NCBI GenBank assembly: GCA_947623595.1
Contig: CANQHC010000001.1
Coordinates: 1,299 to 65,298, forward strand
From: an uncultured Clostridia bacterium
GTDB taxonomy: Bacteria > Bacillota > Clostridia > TANB77 > CAG-508
Direction of reading: 5' to 3'
DNA length: 64,000 bases
Shown here: in pieces, positions 9,943 through 20,422 of the stretch
Position numbering within the stretch: position 1 is the first letter of the stretch
How the letters are laid out: every line of letters starts with the position of its first letter
Notes under the pieces: generated by a model
Database searches by the model: none
What the model was told of the DNA's origin: nothing
Seen by the model: only the letters and a program-made list of their open reading frames with translations
Position numbers and translations under genes: made by a program

Positions 9943-11073
9943 TTAATCTGGAACATATGGATCAATTATTTCATATTTTCTTTCATAATCTTTTGTTTTT
10001 GTATTTGTTATAATAGCAGTGCTTCTGTTTTTCTTTAAAAAGTCAACTAAATTATACACATCAATCCAAATTTGGTTAGGTCCATCTTTTTGAACTTCAT
10101 TAAAAATTAATTGAATTCCAAAATGCAAATGAGGTATATTTATGTTATTTGTATCTTCTTTTGTGCTATAACCAGTCATTCCCAAATATCCAATTACATC
10201 ACCTGCTTGAACAATTTTGCCTTCATATATATCATTTACAAAAGGATGACCTTTTCTTAAATGAGCATAGTAATAATAACGCTTTTTATCAAAACTGCGA
10301 ATTCCAATTCTCCAACCACCATATTGATTCCATCCAATAGCTTCAACATAGCCGGATTCTACTGCAATAACAGGTGTACCAATACTTCCCATTAAATCAT
10401 TTCCTAAATGTAAACGATTGTAACCATATGACCTAGAATTGCCAAAATCCTTGTAATGCGAATAACTATAATTTTGAGCAAGTGGATGAAATGCTTTTAA
10501 ATCATATTTTTGAACATAAGAAATTGATTTTTGAGTATTTGAGTTATCTGCATTATTGATAGGAGTTTCAGAAATTCCAAAATTTCCAATGTATTGAGAT
10601 AGAACAGCACTATATCCTTCATAATAATAATGATAATTTTTCATATCTCTTGTAATCTCATCAATTGATTTCCCACTATCTAGCTTAGCAACTAAATTAT
10701 CTAAATCTTTGATTTTAAATTTACTAAAATTATTTCCATATAAGCAAGCAAGATAAGAAATTAACTCGATCCAATTATACTTAACATTTTTATTCGTTGT
10801 ATGAGAATTAATATCTAGCTGAGATGTTTTTTGCAAAACTTCATAACTTACATTAAACTCAAACCATTTTATATAATTTTCTTCTGTAGAGTTTGAAAGA
10901 TTAGAAGAAACTGCTGTTTCCTCAAGCACACTGTTATCTACAGAAATTGAATTTTTTTCAAGAGAAATGTTTTGGCGACAAAAAATAAAAAAGTAAATAA
11001 TAGAAATTATTAATAATATAGCTATGAGGGCAAAGAGTAATCCTTTAGACAATTTAAAACATTTAATCAACAA
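9943..11073 (-). CDS. M23 family metallopeptidase, membrane anchored
   Basis: N-terminal TM segment. M23 zinc motifs HLGNDL and PHLHFGIQ. Confidence 0.85.
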   Translation of the reverse strand: MLIKCFKLSKGLLFALIAILLIISIIYFFIFCRQNISLEKNSISVDNSVLEETAVSSNLSNSTEENYIKWFEFNVSYEVLQKTSQLDINSHTTNKNVKYNWIELISYLACLYGNNFSKFKIKDLDNLVAKLDSGKSIDEITRDMKNYHYYYEGYSAVLSQYIGNFGISETPINNADNSNTQKSISYVQKYDLKAFHPLAQNYSYSHYKDFGNSRSYGYNRLHLGNDLMGSIGTPVIAVESGYVEAIGWNQYGGWRIGIRSFDKKRYYYYAHLRKGHPFVNDIYEGKIVQAGDVIGYLGMTGYSTKEDTNNINIPHLHFGIQLIFNEVQKDGPNQIWIDVYNLVDFLKKNRSTAIITNTKTKDYERKYEIIDPYVPD

Positions 11074-11154
11074 TATAATTCACCTAAAACAATATATTAT
11101 TGATATTTAATATTTATAACATTTATAATAAAATTTGTTTTTCATACATAAACC

Positions 11155-11183
11155 TTGAAAAAATTAAATGTATTTAGTACAAT
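11155..11183 (+). promoter_or_regulatory. sigma-A-type promoter candidate for metK
   Basis: TTGAAA (11155-11160), a 17-nt spacer, then TACAAT (11178-11183). Confidence 0.5.
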
Positions 11184-11258
11184 AAAACACAAATATTAGT
11201 TATTTTAGAAGAGCTTTGTTTTTTCAAATGTAATAAAAGAAAGGAAATGTGATTTAAA

Positions 11259-12368
11259 ATGAAAAACTATTTTTTTACATCAGAAAGTGTAACAGAAGGA
11301 CATCCAGATAAATTATGTGATTATATATCAGATAATATTTTAGATGAATGTTTAAAACAAGATGAAAATTCTAGAGTTGCAGTAGAAACATTTGCGTCAA
11401 AAAATAAAATTACAATTGCAGGGCAAATTACTACTAAAGCTCAAATTAATGTTGAAGAAATTACAAGAAATGTAATTAAAGAAATAGGATATGATAATGA
11501 GCAAACAGATATAGATTATAGAACATGTAAGATAGATATAAATATAACAAAACAGAGTCCTGATATAGCAATGGGAGTAGACATAGGTGGAGCAGGAGAT
11601 CAAGGAATAATGTTTGGATATGCCAGTGATGAAACTGAAAATTATATGCCATTTGCAATAAACTTAGCTCATAAATTAGCTGAGAGGCTAACACAAGTAA
11701 GAAAAAATAATGAAATTCCTTATCTAAGACCTGATGGAAAAACACAAGTTACTGTAGAATATGAAAATGATAGACCTAAAAGAGTTGAAACTGTATTAAT
11801 TTCAAATCAACACTTAGAAAGTGCTAATATTGAGCAAATGAAGCAAGATATTATAGAAAAAGTAGTTAAAACCGTAATACCAAAACAATATATGGATGAG
11901 AATACAAAAATATATGTGAATCCAACTGGAAGATTTGTAATAGGTGGGCCACTTGGGGATACAGGTTTAACCGGAAGAAAAATTATTGTAGATACTTATG
12001 GAGGATATAGTAGAAATGGAGGAGGAGCTTTTTCTGGAAAAGATGCAAGCAAGGTAGACAGATCAGCTAGTTATATGCTTAGACATATTGCTAAGAACAT
12101 TGTTGCAAACGGATTAGCACAAAAATGTGAAATACAAATATCTTATGCAATTGGAATGGAAGAACCCTTATCTTTATACATAGATACTTTTGGAACATCA
12201 AAAATACCAGAACAAGAGATTATAAATTTAGTTAAGCATAAATTTGATTTATCTCCAAATGGAATTATAAAATATTTACAATTAAAACAACCTATATATT
12301 CAAAAACAACTAATTATGGACATTTTGGAAAAGAAGAGATGCCATGGGAAAAAATAGTTGAACTATAA
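11259..12368 (+). CDS. metK: S-adenosylmethionine synthetase
   Basis: FTSESVTEGHPDKLCD, GAGDQGIMFGYA, GGGAFSGKD and a C-terminal YGHFG motif. Confidence 0.95.
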   Translation: MKNYFFTSESVTEGHPDKLCDYISDNILDECLKQDENSRVAVETFASKNKITIAGQITTKAQINVEEITRNVIKEIGYDNEQTDIDYRTCKIDINITKQSPDIAMGVDIGGAGDQGIMFGYASDETENYMPFAINLAHKLAERLTQVRKNNEIPYLRPDGKTQVTVEYENDRPKRVETVLISNQHLESANIEQMKQDIIEKVVKTVIPKQYMDENTKIYVNPTGRFVIGGPLGDTGLTGRKIIVDTYGGYSRNGGGAFSGKDASKVDRSASYMLRHIAKNIVANGLAQKCEIQISYAIGMEEPLSLYIDTFGTSKIPEQEIINLVKHKFDLSPNGIIKYLQLKQPIYSKTTNYGHFGKEEMPWEKIVEL

Positions 12369-12609
12369 AATAATTTATTAGGTAAGTCACTTAAAATAGT
12401 TGAAAAAAATAAAAGTTAAATTTATAATATATTCATATTTGAAAGAGAAAAAAGGTTACAAAGGTGGGATGAAAATACCACTAAATTGCATAATGAGAAA
12501 AAATGATAAAAATAAATATTCAATAGTATTAATTATTATAATTATTGGAATAATATTTTAAGATTATAACTCAAGAAAATTTAAGTATATAAGAAAGGAT
12601 TGAAAAACT

Positions 12610-13488
12610 ATGGAAAAAGCAAAGGTGTATTTTACAAAAGAAATAACGCCGGAAAGTTTAGTTAAAGTATATGAAGCTTTAGGTGTTGAGTTAAAAGGAA
12701 AAGTAGGAGTAAAAATATCTACAGGTGAACCTGGAGGACATAATTATTTGAAGCCTGAATTAATAAAGAATTTAGTTCAAAAGCTAAATGCTAATATTAT
12801 TGAATGCTGTACTGCATATGCTGGAAAAAGAATGAATCCAGAAGATCATTTTCAAACTGTAAAAGATCATGGATTTACTTCAATAGCTGAAGTAGATATA
12901 ATGGATGCTGAAGGAGACTTTGAAATACCAGTAAATGGTAAGCATTTAGATGTTAATATAGTCGGAAATAATTTGAAAAACTATGACTCAATATTAAATC
13001 TAGCTCATTTCAAAGGACATGCAATGGGCGGTTTTGGAGGAGTTATAAAAAATCAATCAATTGGAATAGCTTCTACATCTGGAAAAGCATATATTCATAC
13101 AGCAGGTGCAACTAGAAATGCTTCTGAATTATGGGATAAGTTACCTAAGCAAAATGATTTTTTAGAGTCAATGGCAGAGTCTGCTAAATCTGTTGCAGAT
13201 TATATGAAAGGGAATATATTATATATAGATGTAATGAATAATTTGTCAATTGATTGTGATTGTGATTCAAGTCCAGAAGATCCATGTATGAAAGATATAG
13301 GAATACTTGCATCGGTAGATCCAGTTGCGGTAGATCAAGCATGTATAGATTTAATTTGGAGTTCAAAAGATGAAGGAAGAGATCACTTTATACAAAGAGT
13401 AGAAAGGCAAAATGGAAGACATATTTTACCATATGCAGAAGAAATTGGGCTTGGAACAAGGGAATATGAATTAATTAATATAGATTAA
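12610..13488 (+). CDS. DUF362-like protein (putative Fe-S associated)
   Basis: 292-aa ORF with a good RBS (aagaaaggat). The N-terminus KVYFTKEITPESL and the Cys cluster SIDCDCDSSPEDPC resemble DUF362 family members from memory. Confidence 0.55.
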   Translation: MEKAKVYFTKEITPESLVKVYEALGVELKGKVGVKISTGEPGGHNYLKPELIKNLVQKLNANIIECCTAYAGKRMNPEDHFQTVKDHGFTSIAEVDIMDAEGDFEIPVNGKHLDVNIVGNNLKNYDSILNLAHFKGHAMGGFGGVIKNQSIGIASTSGKAYIHTAGATRNASELWDKLPKQNDFLESMAESAKSVADYMKGNILYIDVMNNLSIDCDCDSSPEDPCMKDIGILASVDPVAVDQACIDLIWSSKDEGRDHFIQRVERQNGRHILPYAEEIGLGTREYELINID

Positions 13489-13519
13489 TGTAATAGTACT
13501 AAGATATTAAAAATTTGTT

Positions 13520-13558
13520 AAGCAAGAAATTATATAAAATAGTTTCTTGCTTTTATTT
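13520..13558 (+). terminator. rho-independent terminator after the DUF362 gene
   Basis: Stem aagcaagaaa / tttcttgctt followed by ttttatttgg. Confidence 0.7.
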
Positions 13559-13617
13559 GGTGTGAGATGGAATCAATAAAATAGTTTCTTGCTTTTATTT
13601 GGTGTAAGATGGAATAA
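13534..13617. repeat. 42-bp tandem direct repeat, 2 copies
   Basis: ataaaatagtttcttgcttttatttggtgtgagatggaatca (13534-13575) is repeated at 13576-13617 with mismatches only near the 3' end. It duplicates only the 3' half of the terminator. Confidence 0.85.
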
Positions 13618-13708
13618 ATAAAATAATTATTTATTCTTTGCTCGATTACTTAAAACAAGGTTCTAGCCTATTATGATTGCATAATTGGTAAATAGTTTTT
13701 GGAAATAC

Positions 13709-13742
13709 TTGACAATATAAATCAACTATTATATCATATAAT
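13709..13742 (+). promoter_or_regulatory. promoter with overlapping palindromic operator upstream of the marR-ABC operon
   Basis: TTGACA (13709-13714), 17 nt, then TATCAT (13732-13737). The palindrome ATTATAT-C-ATATAAT (13728-13742) overlaps the -10. Confidence 0.5.
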
Positions 13743-13780
13743 TTGTTCGCTAACTAACTAAAATTCTATATGGAGGAGAT

Positions 13781-14227
13781 ATGGAAGGTTACAGTATTTT
13801 TTATAAAATTAAAGAATTGGAAAGAATCATATTAAAAAGTTTAGCAAGGCCTATACTTAATGAAAAAATGAAAAAAAGTATACCTACACCAACTCAAATG
13901 AGAATTATTGATTATTTATTGAACAATGCAGATAAAAAAGAAATTTATCAAAAAGATATAGAAGAAGCTTTGAAATTAAGTAAAGCAACTGTGTCAGATG
14001 TAATTAAAAGAATGGAAAAGAATAGATTAATTGAAAGAAAAACTAATCCGAATGATACAAGAAGTAAAATGATAGTATTAAGTAAAGATACAAAAGAAGT
14101 ATTTGAAATAAAGCAAAAAAGATTAAAAGAATTAGAAAAAGAAGCTGGAAAAAATATTACACAAGAAGAATTAGAAAATTTTTCTAGCATATTAAATAAA
14201 ATGATTCAAAATTTGGAAGATAAGTAA
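13781..14227 (+). CDS. MarR family transcriptional regulator
   Basis: Winged-HTH pattern TPTQMRIIDYL ... QKDIEEALKLSKATVSDVIKRMEKNRLIER. Positioned directly upstream of the ABC exporter pair. Confidence 0.85.
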   Translation: MEGYSIFYKIKELERIILKSLARPILNEKMKKSIPTPTQMRIIDYLLNNADKKEIYQKDIEEALKLSKATVSDVIKRMEKNRLIERKTNPNDTRSKMIVLSKDTKEVFEIKQKRLKELEKEAGKNITQEELENFSSILNKMIQNLEDK

Positions 14228-14251
14228 AAACATATAAGAAAGGAAGATAAA

Positions 14252-16015
14252 ATGATTAAATTATTAAAATATTTAGGTAAAAAACAGTGGATATTTGTAC
14301 TAATTTGTTTTATATTAATTTTTGGTCAAGTATGGTTAGAATTAAAAATGCCTGATTATATGTCAGAAATTACAGTATTAGTTCAAACAGAAGGAAGTCA
14401 AATGTCAGACATTATAGAAAATGGTGCATACATGCTTGCTTGTAGTATAGCAAGTTTAATTGATAGTATAGTTGTTGGTTATATAATTTCAAATATATCA
14501 GCAACATTTTCGAAAAAAATCAGAAAAAAGCTATTTAATAAAGTAGAGAATCTGGCAATGAATGAAGTGAAAAATTTTTCAACAAGTAGCTTAATTACAA
14601 GAACAACAAATGATATTACTCAAATACAAATGCTTATTGCAATGGGATTACAATTAATGATAAAAGCACCAATTACAGCAGTTTGGGCAATAACAAAAAT
14701 ATTAAATAAAAGTTGGCAGTGGAGTGCTTTAACAGGAGCAGGAGTAGCAATATTGTTAGGAGTTATTTCAGTAATAATAGTAATTGTAATGCCTAGGTTT
14801 AAAAGAGTCCAAAAATTAATAGATGAAATAAATGGTGTAACTCGCGAAAATTTAACTGGAATAAGAGTCGTAAGAGCTTTTAATGCTGAAGAATATCAAC
14901 AAGATAAATTTGAAAATGTAAATAATAAACTTACTAGACAGCAATTATTTAATCAAAAAGTATTTTCTGTACTATCACCAACTATGTATTTGGTTATGTA
15001 TTTTTTAACACTAGGAATTTATTTTATAGGTGCATGTTTAATAAAAGATGCACAAATGACAGAAAAATTAGAAATCTTTGGAAATATGGTTGTATTTAGT
15101 TCTTATGCAATGCAGGTTATTATGTCATTCTTAATGCTTGCAATGATATTTATGATGTTACCAAGAGCACAAGTATCAGCTAATCGTATTAATGAAGTGT
15201 TGGATACCAAAATAACTATAAAAGATGGAAAAGTTGATAAAGATACAACAAATGAAAGAGGAGTAGTAGAATTTAAAAATGTATCATTTAAGTATCCTGA
15301 TGGTGATGAATATGTATTAAAAGATATATCATTTAAAGCAAACACAGGAGAAACGATTGCATTTATAGGTTCAACTGGTTCAGGAAAATCTACATTAATT
15401 AATTTAATACCAAGATTTTATGATGTTACTTCTGGAGAAGTGTTAATAGATGGAATTAATGTAAAAGATTATACACAAGAATTTTTACATAATAAAATAG
15501 GGTATATATCGCAAAAAGCAGTAATTTTTAGTGATACTGTACAAAACAATGTTGCATATGGAAATAATGGAAAAGAAAAGATAACAGATGAAAAAGTAAA
15601 AAAAGCAATAGAAGTAGCACAAGCAAAAGAATTTATTGAAAAAATGGAAAATGGATATGAAACATTAATGGCTGAGGGTGGAACTAATGTGTCAGGAGGA
15701 CAAAAGCAAAGAATATCAATAGCAAGAGCTATTGCAAGAGAGCCAGAAATTTATATTTTTGATGATAGTTTTTCCGCATTAGATTATAAAACTGACAGTG
15801 TATTAAGAAAAGAACTAAAAAAATATACTAAAAATGTCACAACTTTAATAGTAGCACAAAGAATAGGAACAATTATAAATAGTGACAAAATAATAGTTTT
15901 AGAAGATGGAAAATGTGTAGGCCAAGGAACCCATAAAGAATTATTAAAAAATTGTGGAGTATATAAACAGATAGCTTTATCACAATTATCAAAGGAGGAG
16001 TTGGAAAATGAGTAA
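14252..16015 (+). CDS. ABC exporter permease/ATPase half-transporter (degenerate Walker B chain)
   Basis: TMD followed by an NBD: Walker A GSTGSGKST, signature VSGGQKQR, Walker B IYIFDDSFSALD (Asp where the catalytic Glu normally sits). Confidence 0.9.
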   Translation: MIKLLKYLGKKQWIFVLICFILIFGQVWLELKMPDYMSEITVLVQTEGSQMSDIIENGAYMLACSIASLIDSIVVGYIISNISATFSKKIRKKLFNKVENLAMNEVKNFSTSSLITRTTNDITQIQMLIAMGLQLMIKAPITAVWAITKILNKSWQWSALTGAGVAILLGVISVIIVIVMPRFKRVQKLIDEINGVTRENLTGIRVVRAFNAEEYQQDKFENVNNKLTRQQLFNQKVFSVLSPTMYLVMYFLTLGIYFIGACLIKDAQMTEKLEIFGNMVVFSSYAMQVIMSFLMLAMIFMMLPRAQVSANRINEVLDTKITIKDGKVDKDTTNERGVVEFKNVSFKYPDGDEYVLKDISFKANTGETIAFIGSTGSGKSTLINLIPRFYDVTSGEVLIDGINVKDYTQEFLHNKIGYISQKAVIFSDTVQNNVAYGNNGKEKITDEKVKKAIEVAQAKEFIEKMENGYETLMAEGGTNVSGGQKQRISIARAIAREPEIYIFDDSFSALDYKTDSVLRKELKKYTKNVTTLIVAQRIGTIINSDKIIVLEDGKCVGQGTHKELLKNCGVYKQIALSQLSKEELENE

Positions 16016-17834
16016 TGATACACAAACTAGAATGCCTCCAAGAATGGGAAGAGGTAGAAATGTAGAAAAGCCTAAAAACTTTAAAAAAGCAATAAAAAGG
16101 TTATTTAAAGAATTAGGAAAATTTAAGTTACTAATTGTAATAGCATTAATACTTGCATCATTGGGAGCAATTCTTTCTATCATTGCACCTGATAAATTAT
16201 CAAATTTAACAGATGAGATTTCTAAAGGCTTGGTTGGAAATAGTGTTATAAATATGGAAGCAATAAAGCAAATAGCATTATTTTTGGCAACTTTATATGT
16301 TTTTAGTGCAATTTTCACATTTGTACAATCCATTCTAATGACTGATGTTTCTAATAGATTTGCAAAAAAGCTAAGGAGTAGGATATCAAATAAAATTAAT
16401 AAACTACCACTTGCTTTTTTTGATAAAAATATGACTGGTGATATTTTATCAAGAGTAACAAATGATGTTGATACAATTGCTCAAAGTATGAATCAATCCT
16501 TGACAAGTTTAGTTAGCAGTATAACACTGTTCTTAGGAACTATAATTATGATGTTTCATACAAATTGGATTATGGCTATAACTGCTATTTTATCTAGCTT
16601 AATAGGATTCATCTTTATGTTTTTAATTTTAAGTAAGTCTCAAAAATATTTTATTGCAAGGCAACGTGAACTTGGAAAATTGAATGGACATATAGAAGAA
16701 ATTTATTCAGGTTTGAATATAGTAAAAGTATATAACGGAAAAAAACAGTCAGACGCTAAATTTGATGAATTAAATGAAAATGTTTATAATGCAAATAGAA
16801 AGAGTCAATTTTTATCAGGTCTTATGCCACCTTTAATGAATTTTATAGGTAATTTTGGATATGTAGCAGTATGTATTGTTGGAGCTTTACTTACAATGAA
16901 TAATGTGATTACATTTGGAGTTATTGTTGCATTCATTACATATGTTAGGTTATTCACATCTCCACTTTCACAAATGGCACAAGCAATGACTGCATTGCAA
17001 TCAACAGCAGCTGCATCAGAAAGAGTATTTGAATTTATAGATGAAAAGGAAATGCCAAGCCAAGAAAAAATAACCAAAAGGTTGGATCCAGATAAGGTAA
17101 AAGGCAAAATAGAATTTGAAAATGTTGTATTCCAATATGATGGAAATGAGAAGCCTACAATTAATAACTTTAGTGCTATTGCTGAACCTGGACAAAAAGT
17201 TGCAATAGTAGGTCCTACAGGTGCAGGAAAAACAACAATGGTAAATCTTCTTATGAAATTTTATGATATAAATTCAGGAGATATAAAAATAGATGGAATA
17301 TCTATAAAAGAATTAAAAAGAGAGAATGTTCATGAATTATTTACAATGGTATTGCAGGATACATGGTTATTTAAAGGAACAATAAAAGAAAATATTATAT
17401 ATAATCAAGAAGGAATAACTGATGAAGATGTACAAAAAGTATGCAAATCAATAGGATTGGAACATTTTATCAAGACTTTACCTAATTCATATGATTATAT
17501 TTTAGCACATAATGATAGTGTATCATCTGGACAAAGGCAATTACTTACAATTGCAAGAGCTATGTTACAAAAAACTCCGTTTTTAATTTTAGACGAAGCA
17601 ACTTCAAATGTAGATACTAGAACTGAAGAAATAGTACAAAGAGCAATGGATAAATTAACAGAAGGAAAGACTTCATTTATTATAGCTCATAGGCTTTCAA
17701 CTATTAGAAATGCTGATTTAATTTTAGTGGTAAATGATGGAAATATTATTGAACAAGGAAATCATGATCAACTTATGGCCAAAAATGGTTTTTATGCTGA
17801 CTTATATCGTTCTCAATTTGAAAAGGTAGGATAG
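16008..17834 (+). CDS. ABC exporter permease/ATPase half-transporter (consensus Walker B chain)
   Basis: Walker A GPTGAGKTT, non-canonical signature VSSGQRQL, Walker B FLILDEATSNVD, H-loop IIAHRLST. The start overlaps the upstream stop by 8 nt. Confidence 0.9.
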   Translation: MSNDTQTRMPPRMGRGRNVEKPKNFKKAIKRLFKELGKFKLLIVIALILASLGAILSIIAPDKLSNLTDEISKGLVGNSVINMEAIKQIALFLATLYVFSAIFTFVQSILMTDVSNRFAKKLRSRISNKINKLPLAFFDKNMTGDILSRVTNDVDTIAQSMNQSLTSLVSSITLFLGTIIMMFHTNWIMAITAILSSLIGFIFMFLILSKSQKYFIARQRELGKLNGHIEEIYSGLNIVKVYNGKKQSDAKFDELNENVYNANRKSQFLSGLMPPLMNFIGNFGYVAVCIVGALLTMNNVITFGVIVAFITYVRLFTSPLSQMAQAMTALQSTAAASERVFEFIDEKEMPSQEKITKRLDPDKVKGKIEFENVVFQYDGNEKPTINNFSAIAEPGQKVAIVGPTGAGKTTMVNLLMKFYDINSGDIKIDGISIKELKRENVHELFTMVLQDTWLFKGTIKENIIYNQEGITDEDVQKVCKSIGLEHFIKTLPNSYDYILAHNDSVSSGQRQLLTIARAMLQKTPFLILDEATSNVDTRTEEIVQRAMDKLTEGKTSFIIAHRLSTIRNADLILVVNDGNIIEQGNHDQLMAKNGFYADLYRSQFEKVG

Positions 17835-17899
17835 AGCTTTTGGAAATTCAAAATATAAAGATGCAAAAATATAAAATGTATTGAAATAAGGAGAAAAAA

Positions 17900-18541
17900 T
17901 TGAAAAATTGGTTAGGAATAATAGTATCATATTTAGCAATAATTTTAGTAATATTGACAGCAAAATTATTCGAGAAAAAGGGAAAAGAGGCAAGTAGAAA
18001 ATTTATACATATAGCATTAGGCAATTGGTGGCTAATAGCTATGTATTTCTTTGATAATGTTTGGTTTGCAATATTTCCACCTGCAACATTTGTAATTATA
18101 AATTATATATCTTATAAAAAAGATGTAATTAAAGTAATGGAAAGAGAAAAAAATGAAGGCTTAGGAACAGTATATTATGCTATTGCATTATTAATAACTG
18201 TTATAGTAACATTTGGTATAATAAATAAGCCTATATTAGGTTTAGTATCTATATTTATAATGGCATATGGAGATGGTTTTGCTGCAATAATAGGAAAAAA
18301 GGTAAAGAGTATGAAATATAAAGTATTTGATACTGAAAAGTCAATAGCAGGTTCAGCTACAATGTTTGTAATTTCGTTAATTATAATAGGAATATATCTA
18401 TGTATGTCAAATAGCCAGTTATGGATATTAAAATCAATAATTTGTAGCTTAATATTAACTTTAATAGAAGCAGTTTCAATTAAAGGTACTGACAATTTAA
18501 CTATACCAATGTCGGCTCTAGTGATGCTTATGATAATGTGA
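17900..18541 (+). CDS. polytopic membrane protein, dolichol/phytol kinase (CTP-dependent, CdsA-like) family
   Basis: About six hydrophobic segments and a GDGFAAIIGKK motif typical of this family. TTG start after aaggagaaaaaa. Confidence 0.55.
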   Translation: MKNWLGIIVSYLAIILVILTAKLFEKKGKEASRKFIHIALGNWWLIAMYFFDNVWFAIFPPATFVIINYISYKKDVIKVMEREKNEGLGTVYYAIALLITVIVTFGIINKPILGLVSIFIMAYGDGFAAIIGKKVKSMKYKVFDTEKSIAGSATMFVISLIIIGIYLCMSNSQLWILKSIICSLILTLIEAVSIKGTDNLTIPMSALVMLMIM

Positions 18542-18685
18542 TAATGAAATATATATATTATGAAAATAAAAGTACGAAAAAGGCAAAATTTTCAAAAATA
18601 CTTGCGTAAATACGAAAAGATGTGCTAAAATAGAAATGCTTAAAGTGTAATAAACACAGTAAAAGCAAAGAAAGGGGAATTAACC

Positions 18686-19411
18686 ATGTCAGGACATAGC
18701 AAATGGCATAATATTCAAGCCAAAAAAGGAAAGGCTGATGCAGCAAGAGGTAAAATATTTACAAAATTAGGAAGAGAATTATTATTAGCAGTAAAACAAG
18801 GTGGTCCTGACCCGGCAGGAAATTCAAAATTAAAAGATGTTATTGCTAAATGTAAAGCAAATAATATGCCAAATGATACAATTAATAATGCAATAAAGAA
18901 AGCATCTGGGGCAGGAAACAGTGAAAACTATGAAGAAATCACTTATGAGGGTTATGGTACAAATGGAGTTGCAGTTATAGTAGAAGCAAGTACTGATAAT
19001 AAAAATAGAACAGCAGCAGATGTTCGCCATGCATTTGATAAAGCAGGAGGAAACTTAGGAACCTCAGGTTGTGTATCATATTTATTTAGTAAAAAAGGAG
19101 TTATTGTTATAGATAGAACAACTACTAACTTGTCAGAAGATGACATGATGATGTTAGCTCTAGATAATGGAGCAGAAGATTTTGAAGCAACAGATGAATG
19201 TTATGAAATTACAACTGCACCAGAAGATTTTTCAACAGTAAGAGAAGCATTAGAAGCTCAAGGAATAGAATTCCTAGAAGCAGAAGTTCAAATGGTTCCA
19301 TCAACATATATTCAATTAAGTGAAACAGATGGGCAAAAAATGCAAAGGCTATTAGACATGCTTGAAGATTTAGATGATGTTATGAATGTATATCACAATT
19401 GGGAAGAGTAA
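18686..19411 (+). CDS. yebC: YebC/PmpR family DNA-binding transcriptional regulator
   Basis: [29 protein letters not shown]-terminus and typical length. Confidence 0.9.
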   Translation: MSGHSKWHNIQAKKGKADAARGKIFTKLGRELLLAVKQGGPDPAGNSKLKDVIAKCKANNMPNDTINNAIKKASGAGNSENYEEITYEGYGTNGVAVIVEASTDNKNRTAADVRHAFDKAGGNLGTSGCVSYLFSKKGVIVIDRTTTNLSEDDMMMLALDNGAEDFEATDECYEITTAPEDFSTVREALEAQGIEFLEAEVQMVPSTYIQLSETDGQKMQRLLDMLEDLDDVMNVYHNWEE

Positions 19412-19438
19412 AAAAAATAGTTCTAAAATAAAAAAATG

Positions 19439-19469
19439 TAGCATATATATTAATATATGCTATTTTTTT
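19439..19469 (+). terminator. rho-independent terminator after yebC
   Basis: Stem tagcatata / tatatgcta followed by a T7 run. Confidence 0.7.
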
Positions 19470-19512
19470 ATGCTTAGATTATTAAAGATTGTGATAAAAA
19501 GGAGTACAAGCC

Positions 19513-20412
19513 ATGGAAGAAATATTAAGATTCTTTCCAGAACAGTTACAAGTAAAACTAATCCAAAGCAATTTGAAATACATAGAAGAAATTAGAATTC
19601 GAGTTGGCAAACCAATCATTTTAAAAAATAATAAAACGGAAGAAATTATCTATTTTAATACATCTTCAGAAATAATTATGCAAATTTTGCAGAAAATTTG
19701 TGAAAATTCTATTTATTCATATCAAAAACAAATTAGTGAGGGGTTTTTAACATTAAAAGGTGGCCACCGTGTAGGAATTACAGGAAATGCTGTTATGAAA
19801 GATGGACAAGTGATTAATATAAATTATATTAGTAGTTTAAATTTTCGTATAGCAAGGCAAATTTTAGATTGTAGTACATGTATACTTCCATTGATTATAG
19901 ATTCTTACCATAATCAAATATTTAATACTCTAATTATTTCACCACCGGGGCTTGGAAAAACTACATTATTACGAGACTTGATTAGAAAGATAAGTAATGG
20001 GATTCAAGAAATGAATTTTAAAGGAATAACAGTTGGAGTGGTAGATGAAAGAGGAGAAATAGCAGCAATGGATAGAGGAATGGCACAAAATGATTTAGGA
20101 ATACGTACAGATGTAATAGATAATATTACAAAAGGGTTGGGAATGAAAATGCTAATTAGATCAATGAGCCCAAAAGTAATTGTAGCAGATGAGATTGGAA
20201 GCAAGGACGATATAGAAGCAATACAATATGCCATTACATCTGGCGTAAAAGGAATTTTTACAGCTCATGGAAAAAGTATAGAGGAAATACAAGAAAATCC
20301 AATTCTGAATCAATTACTAATAAAAAATATATTAGAAAAAATATTACTTTTAGATAAAGAGCGAAATGTTCATTTAATTTATGACAAGCAAGGGCAAAGA
20401 AAAGTAAGTTAA
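19513..20412 (+). CDS. spoIIIAA: stage III sporulation protein AA (ATPase)
   Basis: Walker A ISPPGLGKTT, Walker B-like VIVADEIG. First gene of the eight-gene spoIIIA array. Confidence 0.9.
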   Translation: MEEILRFFPEQLQVKLIQSNLKYIEEIRIRVGKPIILKNNKTEEIIYFNTSSEIIMQILQKICENSIYSYQKQISEGFLTLKGGHRVGITGNAVMKDGQVININYISSLNFRIARQILDCSTCILPLIIDSYHNQIFNTLIISPPGLGKTTLLRDLIRKISNGIQEMNFKGITVGVVDERGEIAAMDRGMAQNDLGIRTDVIDNITKGLGMKMLIRSMSPKVIVADEIGSKDDIEAIQYAITSGVKGIFTAHGKSIEEIQENPILNQLLIKNILEKILLLDKERNVHLIYDKQGQRKVS

Positions 20413-20422
20413 GGAGGAAAAT

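Noticed and set aside
11074-11258. SAM (S-box) riboswitch upstream of metK
   Set aside because: I looked for the conserved S-box core (GAGGGA ... GCCC ... GCAACC-type blocks) and for GC-rich helices. The leader is almost pure A/T with only a promoter-like TTGAAA/TACAAT pair.
19386-19595. 69-aa track ORF spanning the yebC terminator and the spoIIIAA start
   Set aside because: It runs through a rho-independent terminator and overlaps two well-supported genes. Lys/Ile-rich composition typical of AT-rich noise.
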